Shown here piece by piece: positions 53,501 through 64,000 of a stretch of DNA of 64,000 nucleotides; within the stretch, counting starts at the first letter, position 1; every line of letters starts with the position of its first letter. Below the pieces are notes generated by a model. It was not told the DNA's origin, ran no database searches, and saw only the letters and a list, made by a program, of their open reading frames with translations. The stretch covers positions 33,792,001-33,856,000 of the forward strand of contig NC_086108.1 in assembly GCF_963921235.1 (NCBI RefSeq). Reading direction: 5' to 3'. Source of the DNA: Mobula hypostoma. Lineage: Eukaryota. A program made the position numbers and the translations under genes.

Positions 53501-54770
53501 TTAGCTGCTGCCAAGAACTTTGTTTACATGTGCTACACCAAATGTTGGCTGTTTACCTGATTGCTTGAGTAGCAAGCCCAATTTCTTGAATAGTTAAAGC
53601 CAAGCTGCAATTTGGAAATTGGTGCTGGCAAGTAATCAATATCTAATACTAACCAAAAAGATATTCATGAAAGGTACAAGCCAGAAGGTGGATTAAAGTC
53701 CAATTGGTGTTCTCGTGGGGGAGAGGTATCTTTTAATAGGACTAATATTCTAATTTAACAGTGCACATTTCAAATAAGTGCTGCATTCAAATAGAGGTTA
53801 TTTGCCCAGTTCCGGCAAAAAAAAACATCTAGTGCACTCAATCAATATGAAATAATGGCTGATGAAATCTGCAATACAAATCTGTGCAAGCTCCAAAAGC
53901 CTAAATACTGTGTGTGCCAAGGTAAATTCTGCAGGCTTTGATATCACGAGTGATTCAGCTTTTTGCATAAATCTACTCAGTGAAATAGCTTATATGATGA
54001 AAAGTTTTTAACTTCTTTTGGCAATGCACAGTTCGAATCCTGGCATTGAACTCTACAACCATATTAAACTCTTAGAGCTGCTCCTAGATCTGGCTCCCTA
54101 CTTCTGCAAGACATTTCTCCAATTTAACAGTTCCAGAAACCTTGCAGTCAGCTTTGTCAATAATTGCACTATTCTTCAGCTTTTTTTTGTCAGATTCTTC
54201 TCATACATTATCTAGTCTCAAATGAAAAACAGCTTTTCAGACAAGTTATTATATGAACTGTACTAAACTGGGAAGCCCTCTTTACAGGAAACATAAAGAA
54301 AGAAAATACATTAGAACATTCCCTACAAAGAAAACTTACTTAGAAAATTGAAAGATGTCAAACACAAATTTTTCCATCTTAATTCCATTAGGCTTGTCTG
54401 GTTTAATCTGTTGACCTTGATCATTAACGTAAGGAATTTTCTTTCGAGCAACGTGATGCTGTAACTTAGGCTCATGGATTCTAAAGAAACACAAGATGTA
54501 GACTCATTCAGCAAATAGCAAAATAGTGACACATTTGCTTGATGGAACTTGAAGGCAATTATGTATTTTAACTCACTTCACAACATCCTTTAAGAACTGT
54601 AGTGTAAAGAAATGGTTACATATGTTCCCTGCATTGAATGTTAAACGCCCATCGGCATTCCTTTTCTGTGCAGTAACCAGAGTGATCTCACTGTACTCCA
54701 CAACTTTATACAGGCCATTCACTTTACACACGACACCGACAGCCTCCGTTGGATGTGTCTTTTCTACTAC
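41479..54770 (-). CDS. UAP1: UDP-N-acetylglucosamine pyrophosphorylase 1, 3' half; join(54770-54577, 54480-54340, 51895-51707, 48995-48948, 47302-47236, 41571-41479)
   Basis: All six exons have AG acceptors, GT donors where internal, and compatible phases. The translation [84 protein letters not shown] matches recalled human UAP1. The C-terminus and cassette exon favour UAP1 over UAP1L1. Confidence 0.96.
42040..43125 (+). mobile_element. Rex-Babar LINE 3' part, intronic
   Basis: [41 protein letters not shown]; tail (GATTCT)n. Confidence 0.8.
44050..44430 (+). mobile_element. Rex-Babar 3' end fragment
   Basis: [14 protein letters not shown] followed by a 3' UTR ending ttgataataaatttactttgaac. 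Confidence 0.65.
44769..45050 (-). mobile_element. Poly(A)-tailed retroposon 3' fragment (L1/Tx1-like)
   Basis: Minus strand has AATAAA twice then an A-tract (T-run at 44769-44783). GGATC flanks both sides. Confidence 0.45.
45750..46945 (+). mobile_element. Highly decayed LINE related to 37109-38044
   Basis: The 3' end ttcactaccatcttcaagggcaa..aaataaaa resembles ctcatcaccaccttctcaagggcaa at about 37950. Confidence 0.45.
47236..47302 (-). CDS. UAP1: UAP1 exon, 67 nt
   Basis: ttttcag|TCTG..AGAG|gtgagt; [22 protein letters not shown]. Confidence 0.95.
48948..48995 (-). CDS. UAP1: UAP1 cassette exon, 48 nt (AGX2-type insert)
   Basis: ggcag|TTCG..ACAA|gtaaat; phase 2-2; [16 protein letters not shown] versus recalled human SATNGKSETITADVNHN. 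Confidence 0.85.
49850..50935 (+). mobile_element. Decayed CR1 with an old pLTR insertion (about 49988-50350, minus)
   Basis: [27 protein letters not shown]; reverse-complemented pLTR with ctgcagatgaaggatctcaaccagaaac. Confidence 0.55.
51707..51895 (-). CDS. UAP1: UAP1 exon, 189 nt
   Basis: ttcatag|GAAA..CCAG|gtatgc; [62 protein letters not shown]. Confidence 0.96.
52330..52920 (+). mobile_element. Rex-Babar 3' fragment
   Basis: Matches 42540-43125 (tgtaccgtggaaagcattct..ccaggacatgcc..aatggacattga). Confidence 0.7.
54340..54480 (-). CDS. UAP1: UAP1 exon, 141 nt
   Basis: ctttag|AATCC..CTAA|gtaagt; [46 protein letters not shown]. Confidence 0.96.
54577..54770 (-). CDS. UAP1: UAP1 exon, 194 nt
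   Basis: tttcag|GTAGTA..GTGAA|gtgagt; [64 protein letters not shown]. Confidence 0.96.
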
Positions 54771-55227
54771 CTGAAATTAAATAAAAACAAAATATCTGAA
54801 GTTACTTAATAAAAAAAAATCTAACATTTTGTTGCAGAGAAAGATTAATAAATTCTAGAATTCTAGCCACTTAGCCAAATGAACACCATGTAAATTGACG
54901 CCGGCAGGTTTTCCACTTCAAAAACAAGTTGGTGATTATTTCTCCAAAGTCAAAGGAGTATCAAGAATATTGGAAAAAGCTGTGAATGGAGATTGATTGG
55001 GACCTAATATATGCACAGGTCGATTCATTATATCTATTAGCATAAGTAAAACTGAAATCATGATCAAGATGTTCTTTCCTAATCATTTGCCAAACTTCAG
55101 CTGGGAGTTCTAAGTTTACTAGTGCTTTTCTGGGAGGTTCAGGCTTGAGTTGCAGGGAGATATGAACCAGAGCGCCAGCACAGATAGTAGAGTAGTTATG
55201 AGGAAAGATACTGTGAAGAAGGGGGCG

Positions 55228-56032
55228 AAGAAAAGTTATAATGGCGCTAAATGATGACTCCTTTGATGCATCTTCAGAAACAGCTTATTTCTATCTTTGA
55301 TATCTCTTTTTTCCCTCTTCAAGGTTCTTTTGAAGACCCTGACCTGGAGTTACACTCTGACTTAGGTTCTTTGAGGGAATGGAATCCGCTCTCAGGGGCC
55401 TCACGACCAGCCGCCTTTTGATATCCCAAGGGCGTGGCCTGGAAGACTAACACGCCTTCAGGGTGCCAGATTTTCGTGGCTCTGGAGATGGGCTGATTCT
55501 AGGCCGGTGCCCCTGACTGAGGTGTCGTGGGAAAACGTGGAACATCAGGAGCAGCAGGTTAGCTGCCATGGGCTGTGTGTCCAGAGACCTGAGCCTTTTT
55601 GGGGCTGACTCTCTGGGCGCAAAGCTCGGAAAAAGCGACACGACAGACTTTTAGCATCATAAACCAGCGAGTTGTTTGTTATGTCTACCCTCTCGCTATG
55701 AAACAGGGACACCTCTTTTTCCCTTATTAGGGAGAGAGAGAGAGCCTGTGGTATGTAGAATTACCAGGTGAACGAGTAGTCTTTGGGATACTGCAAGTCT
55801 GTCTTTATTGATGCTTTGCTGCATGCTTGAGTGCTCGGTGGGGGTGGAGGGGGATGTTGCCTTGCTGCTGCTTGTTCGTGGGAGGGATGAGCTGGGGGGG
55901 CCTTGGGGTTCTAACGTTTAACTGTCATTCATTCTTTGGGTCACTCCTCTGTTTTCATGGATGTTTGCAAAGAAAAAGAATTTCAGGATAGATATTGTAT
56001 ATATTTCTCTGACATTAGATGTACCAATTGAA
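55228..56032 (+). mobile_element. Non-autonomous element with an ATGGCG head and LINE-like tail
   Basis: Head aatggcgctaaatgatgactcc..catcttcaga resembles the 8759 element head; tail aagaatttcagga..ctctgacatta. Confidence 0.55.
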
Positions 56033-56349
56033 ACCCACATACTGTTACATATATGCGAAACAAGAATAACATTGGAGCATCAGGATTAATACTTTTTACT
56101 GAATCATGCTAGCCACTGTACACGCTGTGCAACAGTGCAGGAGGTACGAATCAAGCCTGCTGAGATGAAAAACATGCGCAATCAGAAACCCGTGCCAAAA
56201 GAGAGCCCTCTACATGTAGGAAGCCCAACCAATCAGTTGTCTACATGCACATGCCACTCTCTCACAACTGATCTGAAATAGTTCACAAGTCAGGAATCGA
56301 ATGGTTGAGCATGGAATAATTTTCTCAGCTGCATCTATTTCAATACAAG

Positions 56350-58010
56350 GAATATTGTAGGCAAGGCAGATGAGCTTAGAGCATGGATCGGCACACGGAT
56401 TTATGGCATTGTAACCATTACTGAGTCTTGGTTGCAGGAGGGGCAGGACTGGCAGCTCAATGTTCCAGGGTTCTGTTGTTTTAGACATGATAGAGTGGGA
56501 GGGATTAAAGGGAAAGAGAATCCAATTGCTAGTCAGGGTAAACTTCACAGCAGTGCTCTGACAGGATAAACTAGAGGGCTCGGCTAATGAGGGTATATGG
56601 GTGGAATTGAGAAACAAGAAAGGGATTTCCACATTAATGGGATTATATTATAGCCCACCCAATAGTCAGTAAGATTTAAAGGAGCAAATTTGTAGAGAGA
56701 TCATAGACTGTTGCAAGAAAAATAAAGTTGTAATAGGTGATTTTAACTTTCTCCCATTCTGTAAACGGGCTGGATGGGATAGAGTTTGTCAAATATGTTC
56801 AGGCAAGTTTCCTTAATTAATATATAGAGGACTCTACTAGACAGAGTGCAATACTGTATCCCCTATTATGGAATGAGACAAGGCAGGTGACAGAAATGTG
56901 TCCCAGGAAAACCTGGGATCCAGTGATTATAATTCCATTAGTTTCAATATAATTATGGAAAAGGATAGGTCTGGTCCTCGGGTTGACATCCTAAATTAGA
57001 GAAAGGCCAATTTTGATTGTCTGAGAAAGGATCTGGCAATTGTGGATTGGGATAGGTTGTTTTCTGGCAAAGGGATGTGGGAGGCTGCCGAAAGTGAAAT
57101 TTTGAGAGGACAGAGTTTGGGTGTTCATGTTAGAATAAAAGGCAAGGATAACATGTTTAGGGAACTTGGTTTTCAAAAGATATTAAGGCCCTGGTTTAAA
57201 AAAAAGAAAGAGATAAATAAAAGTTGTACGCAGCAAGAAACAAATGAGGTACTTGAGGCCCTCCATTGGTCAGCGTCAACTATGGATGTTGTGTCTCAGT
57301 TGTTTACATGATACGCAAGCCAGGGCAGTATGACATGGAGAGCAAACTGTTGCCCTTGTAGCAGGCTACCCCGCCCCATGATATCCAAAAGACGGCAGAG
57401 ACTGATACAGTTTGGCACCAGTGGCGTCGTCAGTCAGCACTGAACTCAATTCAGGACTGCCTTAGGGGCTCCACTTCAGATTTTTCCTCGGGATTTATGT
57501 CTAAAGCCTTCTCCATGAGTGGGTATAGCCTCAAGGCAGCAGAGGTTTGTGATCAGAGTTTTCCTTATCCTAGATGAGCTGTCAACCACAGCTGACAAGC
57601 CCACCTGTCCAAAGTGATTGGTTTTAAGGCAATAATCTGCCTTCGCCACTTCTCCTGTCAGTAGAAATTATTCTGCTGGGCTTAGTTGCTAAGGCCACAA
57701 GTGAAGGCCAGGAGCAGGACTTGGTTGTTAGAGGCTACTTGAGGTGCATGCCCTTGGGAGTATTTAATAGGTAATGGGAGCTTATTCTCACTACCATGCT
57801 CATCTATAACAACCTGAAGGAACCTGAGGTACTTGAGAGTAAGAAATACAAGAGGGCATTTAAGAGGGAAATCAGGAGAGCTCAAAGAAGGCTCGAGGAG
57901 AAAGAGAATCCCAAAAGCCACTACAGATATAGTAAGAGCAAAAGGATGGCAAGGGACAAAATAGGTCCTTTCGAAGATCAGTGTGGTCATCTCTGTGTGG
58001 AAGTTAAGGT
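56350..58010 (+). mobile_element. Decayed CR1 endonuclease region split by a 567-bp insertion
   Basis: ITESWLQEGQDWQLNVPG, WVELRNK and GDFN-like motifs; ENPKSHYRY after the insert. Confidence 0.7.
57258..57824. mobile_element. Non-coding 567-bp insertion with a perfect 13-bp TSD, family unassigned
   Basis: TGAGGTACTTGAG at 57245-57257 and 57825-57837. Confidence 0.75.
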
Positions 58011-58504
58011 AAGGCAAAGAGTCACCTCTGCTTACTAGTCAAGATAGGTGGGGGTGACTGTAGCAATGTGTGAGTGAAGCCTCTGTAGTGAGACTTTTCT
58101 AGAAAGGTCTTCCTAAATCATAGCGTCCCTTTACACAATAGGGGATTCCAGAGACAGGTGTGATAGGGATAATGGAAGGATGTGAAATACACCCAGCTTC
58201 AAAGTGTCAGCTTATAGTTTCCATTGACTTTTAACATCTCTGTTGTAAATGGTGATTGATCCTGCAAGTGTATGTAAGAAATTCAAACATATACAATTTA
58301 CTAAATTGTCAATAGCTAAAACTGATAAACCAATTCTGTATAAAAATAGCAGTTTCCTGTCCTGACTTCTGAACAGTGTGAGTGACAAAGGCCATGCAAT
58401 TCTCCTTGTGCACAAGTAAGATAAAAATACATTTGAGTCGTAAGAATGCATGTGTTCTGGGCCCAGTTAATTTAATTATTTTATTTTATTATATTATATT
58501 ATCG

Positions 58505-60088
58505 GTGATGGATTGGAAATAACATCTCCTCACTAACAATCAGTGCTGGCACACCTCAAGGATGCGTGCTTAGCTCACTGTTCTACTCTCGTTACACTCA
58601 CAATTGTATAGCTAAGCACAGCTCAAATGCCTATTATAAATTTGCCAATGATACAAATATTGTTGGCAGAATTTCAGATGATGATGAGGCGGCGTACAGG
58701 AGCGAGATATTTCAGCTGGCTGAGTGGTATCACAACAACAACCTTGCACTCAACATCAGTAAAACCAAGGAATTGATTGTGGTCTTCAGGAAGGGAAAGT
58801 CCAGGAACCACACACACTAATCCTCATCGGGGGATCAGTAGAGGAAAGAGTGCGCAGTTTCAAGTTCTTGGGTGTCAACATCTCTGAAGGTCTAACCTAG
58901 GATCAATATATTGATGCGAGTACAAAAAAGCCTGGACAGAGATTATATTTCATTAGGAGTTTCAGAAGAATTGGTATGTCACCAAAGACTCTTGTAAACT
59001 TCCACAGATGTACCATGGAGAGCATTCTAACTAGTTGTATCACCCAACAATGTTGCTGGTGAACGCAGCAGGCCAGGCAGCATCTCTAGGAAGAGGCACA
59101 CTCGATGTTTCGGGCCGAGACCCTTCGTCAGGACTAACTGAAAGAAGAGCTAGTGAGAGATTTGAAAGTGGGAGGGGGAGGGGGAGATCTGAAATGATAG
59201 GAGAAGACAGGAGGGGGAGCGATGGAGCCAAGAGCTGTACAGTTGATTGGCAAAAGGGATATGAGAGGATCATGGGACAGGAGGCCCAGGGAGAAGGCAA
59301 AGGGGGAGGGGGGGAAAAAAAACCCAGAGGATGGGCAAGGGGTATAGTCACAGGGACAGAGGGTGAAAAAGGAGAGAGAGAGAAAGAATGTGTGTATATA
59401 AATAAATAACGGATGGGGTACGAGGGGGAGGTGGGGCATCAGCGGAAGTTAGAGAAGTCAATGTTCATGCCATCAGGTTGGAGGCTACCCAGATGGAATA
59501 TAAGGTGTTGTTTCTCCAACCTGAGAGTGGATACTGCCTGGCCTGCTGCATTCACCAGCAACTTGGATGTGTGTTACTTGAATTTCCAGCATTTGCAGAA
59601 TTCCTCATGTTTGTGTAGCTGTATCACCATCTGGTATGGAACGGCACTTTACAGGATCAGTAAAAGCTGTAGAAAGTTGTAACTTCCGCCTGCTCCAACA
59701 TGTGTACTAGCCTCCCCAGCATCGAGAGGCCTTCTAAAGATGATGCCTCAAAACGGCGGCATTCATCATTAAAGACCCTCATCACCCAGGACATGCTCTC
59801 TTCTCATCACTACCATCAAGGTGGTGGTACAGGAGCCTGAAGGCACACACTCACATTTCAGGAACAGCTTCTTCCCTTCTGCCATCAGATTTCTGAATGG
59901 ACAATGAACACTACCTCACATTTCCTCCCTCTCTTTTTGCACTACTTATTTAATTTAGTGTTTATATATATTTCTTATCGTAATTTATAGTTTATTATTA
60001 TTATTATTATTATGCAGCAGTGCAATGTACAGATGCCACTAAACAACAAATGTCATGACATATGCCAGTGATATTAAACCTGATTTTG
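58505..60088 (+). mobile_element. Rex-Babar LINE 3' part split by a Penelope-like insertion
   Basis: [29 protein letters not shown]; same family as 42040-43125. Confidence 0.8.
59045..59615 (+). mobile_element. Penelope-like insertion: inverted pLTR and ORF end (59045-59530) joined to a + strand pLTR terminus
   Basis: Same family as the 13130 element. TSD TAG(T/C)TGTATCACC at 59032-59044 and 59616-59628. Confidence 0.85.
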
Positions 60089-60155
60089 CTACTTTTTTCC
60101 TTGGAGCATTAGGGAATGAGAGATTTGATAGAGGTATTAACAAAATTTATGAGAA

Positions 60156-60293
60156 CTTAGTCCTGACGAAAGGTCTCGGCCTGAAACGTCGACTGAAACT
60201 CTTTCAATAGATGCTGCCTGACCTGCTGCATTTACCAGCAACTTTGATGTGTGTTGCTTGAATTTCCAGCATCTGCAGAATTCCTGTTGTTGC
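60156..60293 (+). mobile_element. 138-bp solo Penelope pLTR beginning at the hammerhead
   Basis: TSD TATGAGAA at 60148-60155 and 60294-60301. Confidence 0.85.
60159..60194 (+). ncRNA. Minimal hammerhead motif, core intact, stem II altered by one substitution
   Basis: AGTC CTGACGA AAGGTCTCGGCCT GAAAC GTC GACT. Confidence 0.7.
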
Positions 60294-62108
60294 TATGAGA
60301 AGTATAGATTGGTAAATTCAAACAGGCTTTTTCCATACGATTGGGTGAGACTAGAACTACAGGTCATTGATTAAGAGTGAAGATGAAATATTTAAAGAGA
60401 AATTCTTCACTCAGAGGGTGGTGAGAGTAAGAAACAAGCCACCAGCGGAAGTAGTGGATGCAGGTTCAATTTCAACAGTTAAAATAAATTTGGATAAGTA
60501 TATGGACGGGAGGGGCATGGAAGGCTTTGTTCCATGAGCAGGTCGGTGGGACTAGGCAAAGTAATAGGTTGGTAGACTAGTTGGGCCGAAGGGCCTGCTT
60601 CTGTGCTGTAGTGCTTCATGACTCTAAAGGCTCACTGAAAATTAATAAACTCTTTGGAAATAAGCTAATAAACAAGTCATGGAGAAATGTGAATACAAGA
60701 TCAATACTGAGGACTCAATATATTGCAAGTTCAAATATCTCATATGGTGAAAATTAATAAACATGTCTTCAAATATCACATAGCAACTGTGCCAGTATAC
60801 TAAATTTGTCACAGACATGATATTCAGCTCCCCAGATTTATTGGCACAATTGGAGGAAAATGTAAGCATTTATCTATCCCTTTTGCTTTCTTTGCCCTGT
60901 CTACTTCATTTTTACCTGGAATAAAAGATAGCCACATCAGCCTGCAGATTTCACAGAACCAGCTACATAGTAAGACTCAAATGAGGTGTTAGGCATGCCT
61001 CCAGATGTTGGAGATCATTCTGATCCTACTGGGAGTGCTGAAACTATCATAATACCTGATACTCACACTCTCCCCTCACTCTTTCCAGAATTTCTTCTAA
61101 TTTGCAACATACAAGATACAAGCTAGGTCTCATTTTGGGTATGTTTAGTTAGATGCTGGGAAACATTGTTCAATGTCAAAGTAGCAAACACTAACTTTGC
61201 TTTGCTGTGCATATACTTTCCAGTGGGAAATATGCTTGTGGACCCAACCATCATGCAGCAGCATCTGAAAGATCATTTTGCAGCATGTTTGGCTGCACCA
61301 GCCATTAATTATATGAATGATACAATGCAAGTATTGACTGTTTGCCTGTTTGGAAACAAGGAACATAACATAATATCATAGCAGTCTTGCAAATTATCCT
61401 CTAGTTTTATAGGATTGTTTTGCATCCCCTCCAGTGTGTGGGAATAATTCTGCAGAGTATATTCAGCGTATTTATTGCCCTTTATCAAAATGACATGATT
61501 TTTCCTCCCATTACTGCCATATTGCTATTGCTTTTGCAACTACCTGCTAGTCACTCAGCCCAGAGTTGTTGCTGAAGGAATTCTGAGTCTGTATCAAGAT
61601 CACTGCTAACTCTAATCTGCGTAGGTGCCCAGCCATGCAGTAAATGAAATGCTCCCGCACACATTGTCTTTGTTGCTGCGCAGCTTGAACTTTCTATACA
61701 TACTGTTAATGTAATTTTGAAATCTATGTTAATATAGTCATGAACTACCCTGTAATTGTGTTCATGAATATAATCCATAAATTTTCCAAATAATAAACAT
61801 ATCACCTTTACTTTGAAACATTTTAGAGTTTCAATGTATTTACATTGTCAGTATTTACATCACTGTTACAAATTGTAACAATAAACACAAAATGGAATTC
61901 AGCAGCTCATCGTCAATAAACTACCAGTCCGCTGAACACAAACATTTAAACTTTTAAAGCCTGTGTAGGTTTCAGGCCATGTAAACATTTCCAGCTCAGA
62001 GCAATGGTTAGTCCATGCAGCTGTAAATAAATCAGAGGGAATGTTGATCAAGCTATTCCGAATCTAGATTAGTTCGTGGTTATCTTTATCATGCATCTGC
62101 TAGGCATA

Positions 62109-62182
62109 AGAGGTACTTGCAGAATCTGGAAATCTAGAACAATACACACAATGTGCTGAAGCACACCTCCAGCACATTGTGT
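62109..62182 (-). mobile_element. 74-bp fold-back pLTR remnant
   Basis: Perfect 13-bp hairpin at 62146-62158 and 62170-62182. TSD ATCTGCTA(G/A)GCATA at 62095-62108 and 62183-62196. Confidence 0.65.
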
Positions 62183-62929
62183 ATCTGCTAAGCATACCTA
62201 GCACAATGATAATGAATTTTTCATTAGGACAATGACCCACATAATACAGCCAGTTAAAAAAAAGTGCTCAACGTGCACTAGACAAGCAAAGAAAGGCAGA
62301 TGACAGGCACCAAAGAAGTTATACTACAACTACATCGACCAAAGAAGTTATACTGGTGATAAAGAACTTTGTTTACAAGGTGGTGTAGTTAGTATTTACA
62401 AATGTGATATGGAATTTTTGTTATGTTTTTATTTTTGCACTGCAGTCAACTGCACACTGATAGGTGTAACAGATGTACACAGGTGTAACAAAGGCAAGAT
62501 GTACAACTACTAGTGCATGAAATTGCAAGATTTTGGAATTCTCTAATAGGAATGTGGATACTCAGTCAAGGAATATATTCAAAGTTAAGAATCAGAGGAT
62601 TTTGAGATCTGGCACAAAAGTAGAATTCAGATACAGTATCGGCTACTCTCTTAAATAGAACCAACATTTGAGATTCATACAGACTACTTCTATTTCTTCT
62701 ACTGTGCACCACAACCAGTTATTAAGGTAATGGAATGGCATTGGGTTCTGGTATAAAGACAGTTACCAAGCTGTGCCCTCAAAGACAGCAGCCTGTACTA
62801 AGAAGAAAGCAACAATCCTAGAGAAGTCGGGAGCTCTCTTCTGCAGCTACCCTTTAGCAGAAAGAATTTAAGTATTGTAAAATCTATTTTAATAAAGAAC
62901 CTCAGTAACTATAATCTGGTTTATTATAA

Positions 62930-63790
62930 CTAACTTATGTTGTAAAATGTATTGTGTTGTAGCAGCAGTACAGTGCAAGACATAAAAATCATAGCTACAA
63001 AATAAATAAATAGTCCAAAAGACAAATAACAAGGTATGGTTCATGGACCTTTCAGAAATCTGAAGGCAGAGGAAAAGACATTGTTCTTAAAACATTTGCG
63101 TGTGGGTCTTCATGCTCCTCTATTTCCTCTCAATGACAATAATGTAAAGAGGGCATGTCCTGAATAGTGAGGGTTTTTAGTGATGGATTCCACCTTCTTG
63201 AGGCACCACCTCTTGAAGATGTTCTGGATGTTGATGGTGGTTGTGGGGGAGGGCGTTCTTCCCATGTTGAAACTGGGTGAGTCTACAACCTTCTGCAGCT
63301 TTTTGCAGCCTTCTCTGCTTCGGAGGTTCCACACCAGACTGTGATGCAACCAGTCAGAATGCTGTACGTCTATAGAAATTTGTAAGTCTTTGGTGACATA
63401 CCAAAGCTCCTCAAACTCCCAATGACGTAAAGCCACTGGCATGCCTCCTTTATGATTGCATCAATGTGTTGGGTCAGGATAGATCCTCTGAGATGTTGAC
63501 ACCCAAGAACTTGAAGTTGCCCACCCTTTCCACTGCAGACTGTGGACTGCTGTGTGTTTTTCCGATTTCCCCTTCCTGAAGTCTACAATCAATCCCTGAG
63601 TCCAAGGTTGTTGTTGCAGCAACATCACTCAACCATTTGATCCGCCTCACTCCTATAGGCCTCCTCGTCACGATCTGAGATTCGGCCAACGGTAGTGGCA
63701 TCAACGAATTTATAGAAGGCATTTGAGCTGTGCCTAGCAACGTAGTCATACATGTAGATCACAGCAGTGGGCTAAGCACATATCCTTAAA
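62930..63790 (-). mobile_element. Decayed Rex-Babar LINE
   Basis: VERVGNFKFLGVNISEDLS; NPHYSGHALFTLLS. Confidence 0.75.
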
Positions 63791-64000
63791 CTGCACCCTT
63801 ACACAAACTGCAGAAGTCTGCATATAACACCAGCTAAAAACTGTAAGAGCTAAGCACGTTGTTATGGTCACTTTGATGGCCACTAGCAATGAGGTCTTGC
63901 TCTGCTCTGAGATTGCAGCAGTTGCCAACTTTCAATGAACGCATCTTTACTGAAGCATAGATATTAAGGAACTTCAAATTATATAACTTCTTGGACAGAG

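Larger units (their letters stand above)
60095..60628 (+). mobile_element. CR1 3' fragment with a solo pLTR insertion
   Basis: ttcttcactcagagggtggtg; gggccgaagggcct stem-loop; catgactct tail. Confidence 0.7.

Noticed and set aside
54771..64000. Search for the preceding UAP1 exon (DGNGGLY..HVYCVDN..KVADP)
   Set aside because: Not found by eye. ORFs at 61145-61381 and 61551-61805 do not resemble UAP1, so the exon probably lies beyond the window.

Overview
Eukaryotic (vertebrate) genomic DNA. The repeat families (CR1 LINEs with SGNH-esterase ORF1, Rex-Babar, RTE, V-SINE/HE1-like, Penelope-like) suggest a cartilaginous fish, probably a ray or skate; that is an inference. The only recognisable host gene is the 3' half of UAP1 (UDP-N-acetylglucosamine pyrophosphorylase) on the minus strand. 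Six coding exons lie in 41479-54770, including a 48-nt AGX2-type cassette exon; the upstream exons lie beyond the right edge. The rest is mostly retroelements. Main observations: (1) a family of Penelope-like insertions carrying a minimal type I hammerhead ribozyme, many as fold-back palindromes from 74 bp to 2.2 kb with target-site duplications (TSDs); (2) a four-deep nested CR1 stack at about 25.3-38.1 kb; (3) two young, inverted copies of one CR1 subfamily with non-overlapping lesions; (4) 103-bp monomer arrays in CR1 5' UTRs; (5) ORF-less elements with YY1-like heads and Rex-Babar tails. All calls were made by eye without alignment. Boundaries of old repeats are approximate.
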